Below are positions 41,766 through 55,339 of a DNA stretch of 64,000 nt, one piece after another; the first letter of the stretch is position 1; each line of letters opens with the position of its first letter. The stretch spans positions 59,148,001 through 59,212,000 of the forward strand of contig OX597826.1 in assembly GCA_951406725.2 (NCBI GenBank), given 5' to 3'. This stretch comes from Octopus vulgaris. Its lineage: Eukaryota. The notes under the pieces were generated by a model. It was given only the letters and a program-made list of their open reading frames with translations, was not told the origin of the DNA and made no database searches. The translations under genes and the position numbers were made by a program.

Positions 41766-42669
41766 TTATCTATCTATCTATTTATCTATATGTGCGTGTG
41801 TATGTGTGTTTATGTGTGTGTGTATGTGTGTTTATGTGTGTGTGTGTATGTTTGTGTAAAAACGTGTATGTGACAAAGAAGTACACTCTTAGCAGGTCGA
41901 CATTCATCGTGTGTATTAAGATGATGAGTAAGTGAAGTGTTTATTTGCATTGCATGTATAACTACTATACAATATGCGTGTGTGTTTGTGTGTGAATATG
42001 TGTGTGTGTGTGCGTGTGTCTGAGTGTGCATGTATACATGTGTACATATATATATATATATGTATTTTTATATAGCTGCCTAGCCAGCTAGCTAGTTAGA
42101 TAGATAGATAGATGCATACATAGACATGCATATAACATATACATACATATATGCCAGCCTCTGGATGTATGCGTGTGTGTGTGTCTGTGTGTGTGTCAGT
42201 ACGTATGCATGCATGCACACAAATGTGAGCTAAACATTTCCGCTGATTTGTTTTACCTATTGTTTTACTTTATTTGTTTTACTTGTTTTACCTGTTGTCT
42301 TATGCTTTTTTCTTCTATTTCAATCGTAACGCCATGCAGAAGACATTTTGATCACATTTACTCGCATATATACGTCTTTGAGCGACCAACCATCTCCGCT
42401 CATTTTATCTCTCATTTACTCTCTTTGACTCTTTTCCTTTTCCATCTCGTTCTTCGTCATCAGTTTTCCCTCTGATGATCTAGTTTTTTTTTAGTTTTTT
42501 TTTTATCGGAATTGTCTGTCCTCTCTCCCGTTCCTCTTCTCTGACCAATTCTAATTTTTTCCCTTCATGTATTTCTGTTTTCTCATTCTGTCTTCTAATT
42601 ACATATATTTGAGTTCGATTCCGTCTGTTTGATATGGGACCTGCTACAGACACCTTCTTTCGTCGTCCA

Positions 42670-43197
42670 CTCTCTCACCTCTCTCGCCTCTTTCTCCCTC
42701 TCTTTCTTTCCTGACCACCTCTCCGTCTCTCCACCTTCTACCACTCTCTTTCTCACTCTCTTTCCCTTCCGCTTCTCTCTTTCTCTCTTCCTCCTGCATT
42801 TCTCTCTCTCACTCTTTCTCCCTCTCCCTATGTTTCCCTTCCAACTCTCTCTCCTGTCTCTCTCTTTCTTTTCTCCTCTCCCTCCTTTCCCCTCTCTCTT
42901 TCCTGTCTCCTCTCCTTCCCCTCCCATTTCCCTCCTATTCCCTATCTCCCCTCCCTCTTCCCTACCATATCTTCCTCTCTCTCCCTTCCAATAATCACTC
43001 CCTTTTGCTCCCTTCCACCACTCTCTCCCTCTCTCTGCCTTCCACCACTCTCACCATCTCTCTCTCCCTGACTCTCTCTCTTTCTCACTCTTTCTCCCTT
43101 CCACCTTCTCTTGCTTTCTCACTATCTCTCTCCCTTCCACTCCTCCCTTTCTCTATTTTCTCCCTCTTTCCCTTTTACACTCTCTCCCTTCCACTTT

Positions 43198-43228
<31 letters not shown>

Positions 43229-43235
43229 TTCTCTT
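42670..43235. repeat. CT-rich polypyrimidine low-complexity tract
   Basis: Direct reading. Confidence 0.9.
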
Positions 43236-43367
43236 TGCTAAATATTAACCTCCAGCTGCCTGCTTTCATTTCTTCTAAGCATTACTCTTTGCATAATTGA
43301 CTCCAGTTTCTACGATTTTCTCAAAAAGCCCATTTCGGTTGCTGTGACTGTCCCTTGGCCGGGAAAG

Positions 43368-43955
43368 TTCACCGTCATCAATTCACTGCAGGGAAAGATC
43401 ATCGTCATCAATTCACCGTTTTTTTTGTTGCTGTTGTTGTTTTCCTTTTAATAAGATAATTTTTAACTATTAACCCCTTACCCAACAATTATTTTGAAAA
43501 TAAATGCATTTTTTCAGACATATTTTTTATTGTTTTATTTTACTATTTTTTGAATGGTGATTTCGAGGTATATTTCAAACCTTATTTATTATTCATAAAA
43601 TGTGCCTTCCAACCCTTCGACTGTCTCCAGGTGACTAAATCATACTCGGACTTCAATGCCTTACTCAAGCGAAAGGTGGCAGAAATCGTCACTGCCAGAC
43701 GTATAAAGTGAGCGAATATACTCGTATATGTCAAAAAAGAGTTTATAATAGACAAAGGAATTCGTTTGCTGTCGATTTTGGTGAGTCTATCTTTTGACGA
43801 GTTAACTCGCCAGAGATAGAAAAAAACGATTTCGGTCAAAACGCATATATTCGTTTCTGCCGGGTAAGGGGTTAATGGTGAGATTCTATGGATATATTTT
43901 CTCGGTAAACTTTCCTCACCGTGAACCCTCTTCACAGTGAATTGATGGCGGTGAA
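43368..43955. mobile_element. MITE-like element with inverted subterminal repeats, hosting a nested piggyBac-like element
   Basis: TTCACCGTCATCAATTCACTG (43368-43388) versus CAGTGAATTGATGGCGGTGAA (43935-43955); the motif is tandemly repeated near both ends. Confidence 0.7.
43474..43871. mobile_element. Non-autonomous piggyBac-like element (398 bp)
   Basis: TTAA|CCCCTTACCC ... GGGTAAGGGG|TTAA: TTAA TSD (43470-43473, 43872-43875) and CCC-initiated TIRs. Confidence 0.8.
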
Positions 43956-44024
43956 ACTAAATGTAATCAGTTTTTAACAGAAGAAAGAAATGATTTCGAT
44001 TTTTGTATTGAAATATATTCTTTT

Positions 44025-44670
44025 CTGCTCTAGGAACACGGCCCGAAATTTCTGGGTGGGGGAGCCAGTCGATTAGATCGACCTCAGTACGCAACGGGTA
44101 CTTCGAAAGGATGAAAGGCAAAGTCGACCTCGGCGGAATTTTAACTTAGAACGTAATGACAGACAAAATACCTATTTATTTACTATCTACAAGGGGCTAA
44201 ACACAGAGGGGGCAAACAAGGACAGACAAACGGATTAAGTCGATTACATCGACCTCAGTACGTACGCGAAATAATGAAAGGCAAAGTCTAGGAGCAAGGC
44301 CCAAAATTTCTGGATGGGGCAGCCAGTCGATTAGATCGACCTCAGTACGCAACTGGTACTTCGAAAGGATCAAAAGGCAAAGTCGACCTCGGCGGAATTT
44401 TAACTTAGAACGTAATGACTGACGAAATACCTATTTCTTTACTACCCAGAAAGGGCTAAACACAGAGGGGGCAAACAAGGACAGACAAACGGATTAAGTC
44501 GATTACATCGAACCCAGTACGTACCCGAAATGATGAAAAGCAAAGTCGACCTCGGCGGAATTTGAACTGAGAACTTAGCGCAGAGGAAATACCTATTTCT
44601 TTACTACCCAGAAAGGACTAAACACAGAGAGGACAAACAAGGACAGATAAGTGGATTAAGTCAATTACGC
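44025..44670 (-). mobile_element. Concatemer of headless SINE family B units
   Basis: GCAAAGTCGACCTCGGCGGAATTT...AAATACCTATTT.TTTACTA...AAACAAGGACAGA occurs three times, with a local ~260-bp duplication. Confidence 0.88.
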
Positions 44671-44909
44671 GTACTACAAGAGTATATACGGGCTATTTCA
44701 ACAATATTCCAAGTTATATTAGACTAATGACCACAATACAGAGTAACATTAACCAAAATATCCTTTTCTTAAGGGTCCAGAATACGATCCAGATTCAGTG
44801 GCTTTTTTTTCAGGAATGAAAATCATTTTCATCATAGGTTTGTTCGTTCTAACCCCAGCCTAAAGTTATTGGATGTTAAAATAAAATTCCATTGAATCTT
44901 ACTTTAATG

Positions 44910-45004
<95 letters not shown>

Positions 45005-45036
45005 ACACATATACATGCGTGCATATGCATATATAA

Positions 45037-45071
<35 letters not shown>

Positions 45072-45993
45072 AATGCATGTATAAATATAACTACTTATAC
45101 ACACACCTAGAGACGTATACTCACACGCACACACACACGCACACACACACACACGCACAAAAATATACTTGCAAAAATGTTTTTCGTTTCATGGCGTCAA
45201 TCTAATCGGTTATTTGTTTTTTTGAAAATATTTTTACACTATTAATGTCTTATAATTAAAGAAAATCATTTTTCAAAAATAGACATTATCAATAAATTAT
45301 TCTCAAAAACTTTTTTAAACATGTGTGAGCGCATGCGCCCCTGACTGAGTGACAGTATGCGCTTGGAAGCGTATGTGTGTATAAAATATAAGTATACTAA
45401 AAACATTCGTTCATGCAATTGTTGTATAGAATTTGAAGCTAATAAGAAACGATACACATTTCATTACACCAATAAATATCAAAATTTTGGCAAAATACTT
45501 TATTAATGATCATCGTATCACCAAAAAATAAAAATAAAAACTGTTCAATAATATTTAAATCTTTTGTAACTATATAAAATTCTATTAAGATTTTAACTAT
45601 TTCTTCTGTACAAGTTGTTCTGTGAATAGACATTTGGAGATAAATTCATCCATCGACGATTCGTTCATGAAAATAATGAAACGCAAGTCGAAAAACGAAA
45701 GATAATTAAACATCATTTATACAAAGATGACAAATTAAACGGAATTGAAATTATTTATTTAATATTTAGAGCCGTCTGTAAATTGAAGAGAATATTTCAT
45801 ATGAAGCGCTGTGTGATTGCTTTGAGCTTTCTGGGGAATTGTCTTTAGTATCCCCAGAGAGAGAAAATTATTAAAAATGGGAGGTTTTCACAAAGGAATA
45901 TTTAAAATGAATAGGAAATTGTTTTAATTAATTGGAGATACATATAGGGAAAGACAACGATGCATTACCGCATACAAACACACACACACACTC

Positions 45994-46076
<83 letters not shown>

Positions 46077-46287
46077 TAAAGAGAGAAAGAGAGAAAGAGA
46101 GAGAGAGTGGGGTTTGGTTAAACCAATAGAATAAGTAATTATTTAAATCGGCAGAATTTGCAAAAGTAATTTAGGAGAATGGGAGTTATCAAATTTCGGT
46201 AAATAATAGACAATATATGTTCATGAAGAGACATACGCATGCGCACACACACATACATATATACATATATATTTATATATATATATA

Positions 46288-46580
46288 ATTAAAATTAGTG
46301 TGAAAAATTGGATATTAATTTAATAACATAAATTTAACACCACTGGTCTAGCATATTAAAAAACTGAGGTTCAGTAAATAGTATAACATACATATAAGAG
46401 GGATTACCAGTATGTGGACACTCTAATGCTAGAAGTAGGTCCGCTATGGTCTTACCACAAAGAATTGTTCTCTAGAAAATTTAGAAAGTTTTCTAGAGAA
46501 CAATTCTTGGTGGTAAGACCATAGCGGACTAACTTCTAGCATTACGGTGCATACTGGTAATCCTTCTTATATGTATGTTA

Positions 46581-46582
<2 letters not shown>
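46288..46582 (-). mobile_element. TA-flanked element with a palindrome (arms 46382-46479 and 46489-46582)
   Basis: Arms are reverse-complementary with a few mismatches and indels; the unduplicated end (ATATGCTAGACCAGTGGTG on minus) resembles ATATGCTAGGCCACCGGTGGTG at ~30892-30913. Confidence 0.85.
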
Positions 46583-46666
<84 letters not shown>

Positions 46667-46805
46667 GAAAATAGCAGTCAAAGAGATTATAGCTATTTCT
46701 TCTACTAAAAGGGAGATCTCAGTAAAAACACAGCATTTTGAAAGGCAAACACAAACAGGTAAGAGAGAATGAATAGACGGCAATCTATCATACAGTTTTA
46801 AGTCA

Positions 46806-46897
46806 CCTACGGACGTACGTTTCGAGATCAAGTCTTAGGAAAGCATAAGAATTAGATAATTCTACCTTACCCATACTTCTTCTCTCATCAGCGCAGG
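46806..46897 (-). ncRNA. Type I hammerhead ribozyme with canonical core, in a TA-flanked element (~46663-47127)
   Basis: Minus strand: CCTGCG-CTGATGA-GAGA..53 nt..TCTC-GAAA-CGTACG-TC-CGTAGG. Stem I 6 bp (one G-U), stem II GAGA/TCTC, palindromic stem III, GUC site. Confidence 0.9.
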
Positions 46898-47092
46898 ATA
46901 CAAACAATCATGAATGATTGTATATTGAATTTTGAGATACTAGAAGGCACCAACTCAACTCAGCATCAGAGCGAGCTAGAAGCCACAGCTAGTATCACCA
47001 AATTCAAAGTGTGAATGAAAGCTTGTGTCACCAGTCCTTTCCCACCCGCGTGTAGCCAAGACAAAGTGCTGTGGTCATTTACTGGGATGAAT

Positions 47093-47120
47093 ATGGTTAT
47101 CAGTAATTACTGATAACCAT
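47093..47120. repeat. Perfect 28-bp palindrome at the 5'-truncation end of the HHR element
   Basis: ATGGTTATCAGTAATTACTGATAACCAT. Confidence 0.9.
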
Positions 47121-47149
47121 TGTTACTATATATATATATATATATATAT

Positions 47150-47213
<64 letters not shown>

Positions 47214-47888
47214 AGTCTTGTTGCCATTCTTGGGTTTTCTTTATAGTCGATTCTACGAAGTAACGCAGACCGTTGACAATATTATCTTTGATAATGTTTG
47301 TACGCTATTAATACATCAGAACTGCTCGACCCAGTAAAAAAGGCATTGAGTTTAGTACAGCTGTTAGCAACGATCTAATAAGTGAAATAGTACATCGTCA
47401 CGTGCAACAGATAGCAGCCAAATTGCCTTGAAGCCACATCTTGCCGTTTTAAATAAGTGAAGAACCTATGAATTCAGCAAAAAAAAGGAACAAAAAAAAA
47501 AAGAAAAACATTAACGCTAGAAGATCTTGGCTGATAGGCATCTAATTACAATGTCTAGCCGGTCGCCGTTGACCCAGATTAAAAATTCTCAGTGTCATCT
47601 CATATTGATTATGGAAGCCGTGGTACATCATGTTTTTCTATTTAAACTTAGAGGAATAACCGTGGCGTAGTAGCTAGAAGAGCTGCATTTTAGACCGTAA
47701 GATCGTGGTCTCGATTCCTGAGCTGGGTGGTGCGTTGTTTTCTTGAGCAAATCACTTCATTTCACACTGATCCAATCCACTCAGCTGTGACTGAGTTGTA
47801 GCAATAGCTGGGAAGTAAACCCTGTAACGGAACGGCGTCCTGGTGAGAAGGGGTGAGGGCAATGCTGTAATGTCAGTATATATATATA

Positions 47889-48019
47889 TGGAACAAAAAC
47901 GGACAAATAGACAATACAAGGCGGAGGGGAAAACAACAATTAGAGGGACAGGAAAAAAGTACGGGTCATTTGTGGCTTTCTTTCGTCAGTCAAGTTACCA
48001 GATGTCCCTACAGTCTCGG

Positions 48020-48020
<1 letters not shown>
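47889..48020 (-). mobile_element. TA-flanked repeat fragment; relatives at ~35440-35542 (+), ~59260-59379 (-) and ~63640-63817 (+)
   Basis: Shared AATGA.C.GT...TTGTAT.GTCT..TG...TTTT(G)TT tail abutting microsatellites. Confidence 0.6.
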
Positions 48021-48092
<72 letters not shown>

Positions 48093-48093
48093 A

Positions 48094-48250
48094 CTGACAG
48101 GCTTCCTTTAGTTTTCGTCTGCCAAATCAACTAACCAAACGTTGGTCGACCAGGAGCTATGGTAAAAGACACGTGCCTAGTGTTCCACTCAGTGGGGCTG
48201 AAACCTGGAGCCGTGTGTTTGGGAGGCAAGTTTCCTACTAAACAACCACA
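48094..48250 (-). mobile_element. SINE family C 5' half, diverged
   Basis: GACAGGCTTC...AGTTTTCGTCTGCCAAAT...CAGTGGGGCTGAAACC. Confidence 0.75.
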
Positions 48251-48910
48251 ACATATAATTATAAATAGGTTGACGCAAAATATAGAGCATACATAAATAT
48301 ATATAGTGAGACAAAATTGGAAATATGTGTAATTAGAAATTGGGTGACAAAATATAATAATGATATTATGATTACTCATAATAATGTGAGAAATATATGT
48401 CTCTACGTAGTGATTCGTCACACATGAAACATATGTATGCATATTTACCTGTATAAACATATACATACATATATGCACACATACACGCTTATGTCTGCAT
48501 ATATATAAATATATATATTTGAATGAGTATAGATATATATATATATATATGTATATGCATGTATGTGGGTATATATTTATATATATGTGTTGAAATATAT
48601 ATATATATATATGTGTGTGTACATATATGCAAAGGCTCGAACGCACTTATACACATATAGTAAATATGAACATCTGTATGAATATATGGCATTGTGTGAC
48701 CAAGTTATGCTTTTGAAACTGCATTTCTCGCATCATTATTCAAATACATACATATATACTTACACACACAGATCCTTATACATACATGCATACATACAAC
48801 ACAAATATAAATGCTTAGCTATGCATCCATATACATGTTCATGTACTTTGCAAAAATACAAAGATATACTTTTACATATATGTGTATATATATGTGTGTT
48901 TATGTGTATA

Positions 48911-48956
<46 letters not shown>

Positions 48957-50447
48957 TATGTGTATGTATGTATGTATTTATGTATATACACATTTACACA
49001 CACCTGGAGAGTTTCTATTAATATTTTAAAGACAATTTTCAGAACAAAGTGTTTACTTTTTATTGTTCTTTTGTGTATGTACAATATAGATATTTTGCCC
49101 ATTTAATCAGTCAATGATTAATATTTATAATCTACCCAAATCATAATTAAATCAACACTGGCCAAGCTTCTGTTGAGCAACTAATTAACTTCCAACAATG
49201 ATATTGTTTTGCTCTACATAGAAGACTGTATTTTCTACGTGGAATATGTTTTCTGTTGTATTTAGCTGGTTACCTAGTAACCTTCAAAGTCTTTAACACT
49301 AGAAACAACATTTAAGGTAAGGTTGTCTACACGACCTCTCATTATGCTAGAAATAGCAGGAAATCTGCCATTTACGTTCTGCTTTTTATTATTATTTTTT
49401 TTTTTTTGCATTTAGAGAGAAATGTACATTTGACAAGGTAGGCCTTGTTTCAGAAAAGATGGGTTTTTTATCGATGGCACTCGTTTGATGAAATGTCTGC
49501 TAAATAATGGTTAATCTGGAGGTAAATAGCAAAACCTAGGGGGAAACGCTTCCGGTAGCATCGCCCTGCCACAAATGGGAGCCGAAATTTTGTCTCTAAA
49601 CAAATCTTCTCTTTAGAAAAACGAGAAAATACATATTGCATAATGACTTGAAAGACAGGGTGGTCATACCTAGAAAGTCTTTGATCATAGATTTGCTCAG
49701 CCTAGTCAGGACTAAGGGGATAATGAACAACAACCAGGTGTGTAAGAACAAAAAGGGACCCTACATTATTGACAAGAACGATTATATCCATATTACGGCC
49801 GTAATACAGTAGATTTGTGAAGATATTAAAGAAAACCTTACCAAGGTTGAAACCGAACCAAGAATGAATCTGTATCAGTTGCAAAACTTGTTAAATAGAA
49901 CAGCTAAGTGTTGTGACAACAGCCTAGAAGATTTTCTGTTTTTTTAAAAATAGAACCACATATCAGGGACCGTAGCCATGGGAACATTATATTAGAAAGA
50001 TACTGATTCAGTTGGCACATGTAGCTTACACTCGATCAAGTATTTACTCAATAGAAGCTCCTGAAGAATAAAACCGAATAGACAACCAAACTAAAAAGAC
50101 AACATAGAATGAGGGATGTTGAAAAATACACTACACTGTTAATTAACGATATAGTCTAAACTAGAAACTTCCAATAGAGTAAAACAACTGAAGCAGTGTA
50201 TATTCTATGTAACTATCTCTCAAATCTGTATTGGGACATCTGTCCGCAAAGGTTGATCATGGGTACATAAGCCTATGTGCAGGCCTGGGCAAGATATTTT
50301 CAGGAAGACCGGTAGTTGCACATGAATGCAAGCCTCGTCTCTCCACACCGATATTTATCCAACGGGAACGTCTAGGTTCTAAATACAGCTTCAAACTATT
50401 GTTATCGCATGTGCTGCTATTAATAATAAAGGAAAATAATAAAGGAA

Positions 50448-50735
<288 letters not shown>

Positions 50736-51334
50736 CATATGCATCTTAGAAATGATTTAATATAATTTGAAAGATCTGGAAAACTTGTAAAACAAAAATG
50801 CTGGTATTGAAACGAGCATTAAGGAGATGAAGAAATGGTTTCAAAAGATGCTGAGGCAAACGTTAGCAAACCCCAGGAACTTACATATGTATACACATCA
50901 TACAAGAATACATCAACAGGGTATTGCATATGAATGAAATATCAGCTTAGAATGCTTTCAATAGATTTGGGAAGAGACACAACCACACATACAAGAAGAC
51001 ACACACACACATACATTCTCTATCCTTTCCACTCTCTCACGATCTCATACACAGACGATAAAATTTTACACGTACGCAACGCATGCAGAGCTGCACTCAG
51101 TTAGGCAACGAAATCACGCAATACGAGTAAGACTGTTAAAATAGCAACAACAACAACAATAACAACAACAAAAACAACAACAAAAACAGCAACAACAGCA
51201 ACAGCAATAATAATAATTATAATTATAATTATAATAATGAAACAGCAACAAACGATATTAATTGGGAATACTAAAATATTGTTACGGTAGTGTGTAACGT
51301 ACGTAAATGTATATTTATATCGAGTTTTGGATAC

Positions 51335-51368
<34 letters not shown>

Positions 51369-51724
51369 GATAGTATATATTTAAACAAAAAGGAAAACTA
51401 CCTTTAATAGGTACTTCTACGCGCTAGAAGAAGCAGTCAAAACGACCAAAACCACATTTAAGATCAATTTTCGAAGGAAATGAAAAATAAAAACTTTTAC
51501 CTTGTTATTTTTTTACGCTTTTACCCAGGTTTCAAATTTCTTTATCAAATGAAATAATTTGCTAGGCGAATCCTCATTAGTAACCGTGCCATAACATTAA
51601 CATATAATTTAGAGACAAATAATACGTGTCTGATCATTATATGTTATAATTTTTCAAATTCACCGCTCAAGCGCAGTTTCAGTCAGAAGTAAATGAAAAA
51701 TGGTGTCTAGTCGCAATTTCAACC

Positions 51725-52209
51725 AAAGGCGAAATACTGCTACGCATTTCGTCCGACGTACTAACGATTCTGCCAGCTCGAAGCCTTATTAATAGTAAAA
51801 ATGATTTCAAATTTTGCCACAAGGCAGCAATTTTTTTTTTACTGCGGGGAGTGGATGAGTCGATTAAATTGAACCTGGGGCTCAACTAGTACATATTTTA
51901 TCGGTCCCGAAAGGATGAATAGCAAAGTCGCTTTCGGCGGAATGTGGCCTCGGAACGTGAAAATGGACGAAATACCTATTTCTTTATTACCCACAAGGGG
52001 CTAAACATAGAGGGTACAAACAAGGACAGATATAGGTATTAAGTCGATTACATCGAACCCAGTGCGTAACTGGTACTTATTTAATCGACGCTCGAAAGGA
52101 TGAAAGGCATAGTCGACCTCGGCGAAATTTGAACTCAGAACGTAGCGGCAGACGAAGTACTTGCTAAGCATTTCGCCCGGCGTGCTAACGATTCTGCCAG
52201 CTCGCCACC
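51725..52209 (-). mobile_element. Cluster of SINE family B units (full copy ~51975-52209 fused to a headless unit, plus an extra head)
   Basis: Family B motifs; junction GACGAAATACCTATTTCTTTA. Confidence 0.88.
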
Positions 52210-52874
52210 TTAAAAGTAATAATAACAATCACCATTTCTATTATAGTCAGAATTGCCTGAAATTTTGTAATGTAAGCTAAAAGTAAATCGCGTAGTGAAC
52301 ATATTGAAGCATTATATTCATGTAACGTAAACAAAAATTCCATTTTTGTTAACATCGGAGTAAACGAAACGTTTAGCTCCGACGTAAACAAGAATGGAAT
52401 ATTAATGTCCAAAGTATTCCGAGTTCTTTGATGTTCAGATAATATGTTTTCAATAGGAATTCTTGGAAAAGTTCAGTTTTATGCAGATTTATTCCGATGT
52501 ATATAAAAAGCTGATTAGAGATCATTAGTTGGTCAAATGATATGGCGAAGTAGTTATTTTATTATTTTTTCATGTAAAGGAGTAAAACGTTATTAGAATT
52601 GTTGTGACGAAATGATATGGATCATTTTAAGTTTTATCAATGTTTCTTTTTTATTTTGTTTTTTTGGATGATATGTGATTTTCGTTACATGATTTAGCTC
52701 TTTGCTTGCTTCTACGATTACTATATAAAATAATGCCTTGGAATAACTGTATGCATCTATGTATAAAGGGACATCTAACCATGTATGTATGTATGTATGT
52801 ATGTATGTATGTATGTATGTATGTATGTATGTATGTATGTATGTATGTATACATGCATGTATGTATGTATCTAC

Positions 52875-52964
<90 letters not shown>

Positions 52965-53049
52965 CTGTGTCTGTTATTTCAGTCCCTCTATCCTTGTATC
53001 GGAATATCCATTTATTGATTTCCATCCTTCTCTGCACTCTCTGCTCTCT

Positions 53050-53099
<50 letters not shown>

Positions 53100-53455
53100 C
53101 CCACCTCCTGTGTGTGTATGAGAGAGAGAGGGCGAAAGAAAAAGCTTAGAGAAATTTAGAGAGGGCGAGAGTAGGAGAGAAGGACGTTTTTGAGTTTGAG
53201 TTCAAATTCGTTTTGAAATTCTTTTATCCGTGGTCGATAAAATAACTACTGGTGTTATTTAATCCTTTACACCAAGTGTCATCAAACTATAGTCCCTAAG
53301 CTAAATCCGTTCATCTGGCCTGCTGACTTTACGTACAAAAGTTCTTTGTTTTCGTTGAACAGTAATATTCTATATAGAAAATATAGAAAAATTCACATTT
53401 TGGTATTGATCTCAGTTGTGTTACCTTTTAACATTTGTAATAGTAGTCGTAGTAA

Positions 53456-53546
<91 letters not shown>

Positions 53547-54174
53547 AGTTGATGTTGTAGAATTTACTGCTCTTGTTGTTGGTAGTGGTAGTGAAAATAT
53601 GAAATAGATGTTGATGAAGAATATATATTTTGGAATAATAGAATAATAGAGTATCTTGGAATAATAGAAAAAGATTAAGTCGAAACTAAGTATAAAGAGA
53701 TGAAATAACTCTTCAGTAAAGAATATTTTTGTAGAATGAAGGTCATTTTGAAATCAAAAATTTAATATTGTAAAATATCATACAAACAACAAATTTCATG
53801 GCAGTGTCACTAATAAAGTTTAGTGCAGGAATCAATGAAGCGAAGAATAAAAAGACTTGAAGTCTTTAAACGTCGTAAATACAGAGGAGAAGGTACGTTA
53901 AGAAACAGATGTGGGGCGTTTATACTAGGAAACACCAGAAAGATATGGGTTAGTGGAGGGTGAAAATATAAATTAAGAAAAGTTTTAAAAGATAATAAAG
54001 GCGTGGGCAACGTTGAATGAAGTGATTTGCTCGAGAATAAAATGTATTTCGCGTTCCAGAGTTCGAAACCTCAACCACAAGAATCATTGAAACAACTTAA
54101 TAACTAAACCACACACACATACACTATCCCTAAAGACAGACATATGCATATTAAATGATGTATATATATACATC

Positions 54175-54225
54175 AGCTTCCTGATGATTTCTTTTGAATG
54201 AAACAGTTCTAGTTCTGTAGAAGCT
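54175..54225 (+). ncRNA. Type I hammerhead ribozyme with canonical core; near-solo insert between TA runs
   Basis: AGCTTC-CTGATGA-TTTCTTTTGAAT-GAAA-CAGTTCTAGTTCTG-TA-GAAGCT. Perfect 6-bp stem I, TTC/GAA stem II, CAG/CTG stem III, GUA site; same family as 60411 and 63863. Confidence 0.88.
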
Positions 54226-54259
54226 CCTTCTATAAAATATATATATATATATATATATA

Positions 54260-54305
<46 letters not shown>

Positions 54306-54314
<9 letters not shown>

Positions 54315-54355
54315 ATGTATATGTATGTATGTATTCATGCATAAATACACACATT

Positions 54356-54401
<46 letters not shown>

Positions 54402-54444
54402 AATGTGTGTATTTATGCATGAATACATACATACATATACATAT

Positions 54445-54451
<7 letters not shown>
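54306..54451. repeat. Perfect 146-bp palindrome centred on (TA)21
   Basis: 52-bp arms (...GTATTCATGCATAAATACACACATTTG / CAAATGTGTGTATTTATGCATGAATAC...) with no mismatch found. Confidence 0.92.
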
Positions 54452-54513
<62 letters not shown>

Positions 54514-54657
54514 AACATGATGGCAAAATGTTTTTGAAATTGGAAAAACTGTTATCGTTAAACATAAAAATTGAATTTTCAAATTTTTTACTCACTTCCA
54601 GTATATTCTTAGGTTTGAAAAATAATTAAAGCAACAACAACAGCAAATCGAATAATG

Positions 54658-54751
<94 letters not shown>

Positions 54752-54851
54752 TGATGATGATCATGATAATGGTGAAAGGAGGTACAAATTAAGTAATAAA
54801 ACGTACAGGTAAATTGCGAATTTAGAAAACGCTCAAAAATATGTTTGTGCA

Positions 54852-54885
<34 letters not shown>

Positions 54886-54910
54886 TATATATATATATAT
54901 GCATGTATGT

Positions 54911-54986
<76 letters not shown>

Positions 54987-55229
54987 TTATATATAGGTAT
55001 GTATACATACATATGTATATATGTATATACATACATATATATACATATATAATATATATATATATAATAGAGAGAGAGAGAGAGACAGACAGACAGAGAG
55101 ACAGAGGGACAGAGAGAGAGAAACGATTGAGAATAAATCTCTTAAGTTCAGAATCAAATCTTGAAGAAATGTAAAATATCCAATCTGTATTGAAAGTCAA
55201 TTTCTTTCTCTTCCGCAAAACATCCTGAG

Positions 55230-55339
<110 letters not shown>

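Noticed and set aside
44100-44670. Regularly spaced repeats superficially like a CRISPR array
   Set aside because: The units are SINE fragments with repeated rather than unique spacers, in a eukaryotic context with no cas genes.
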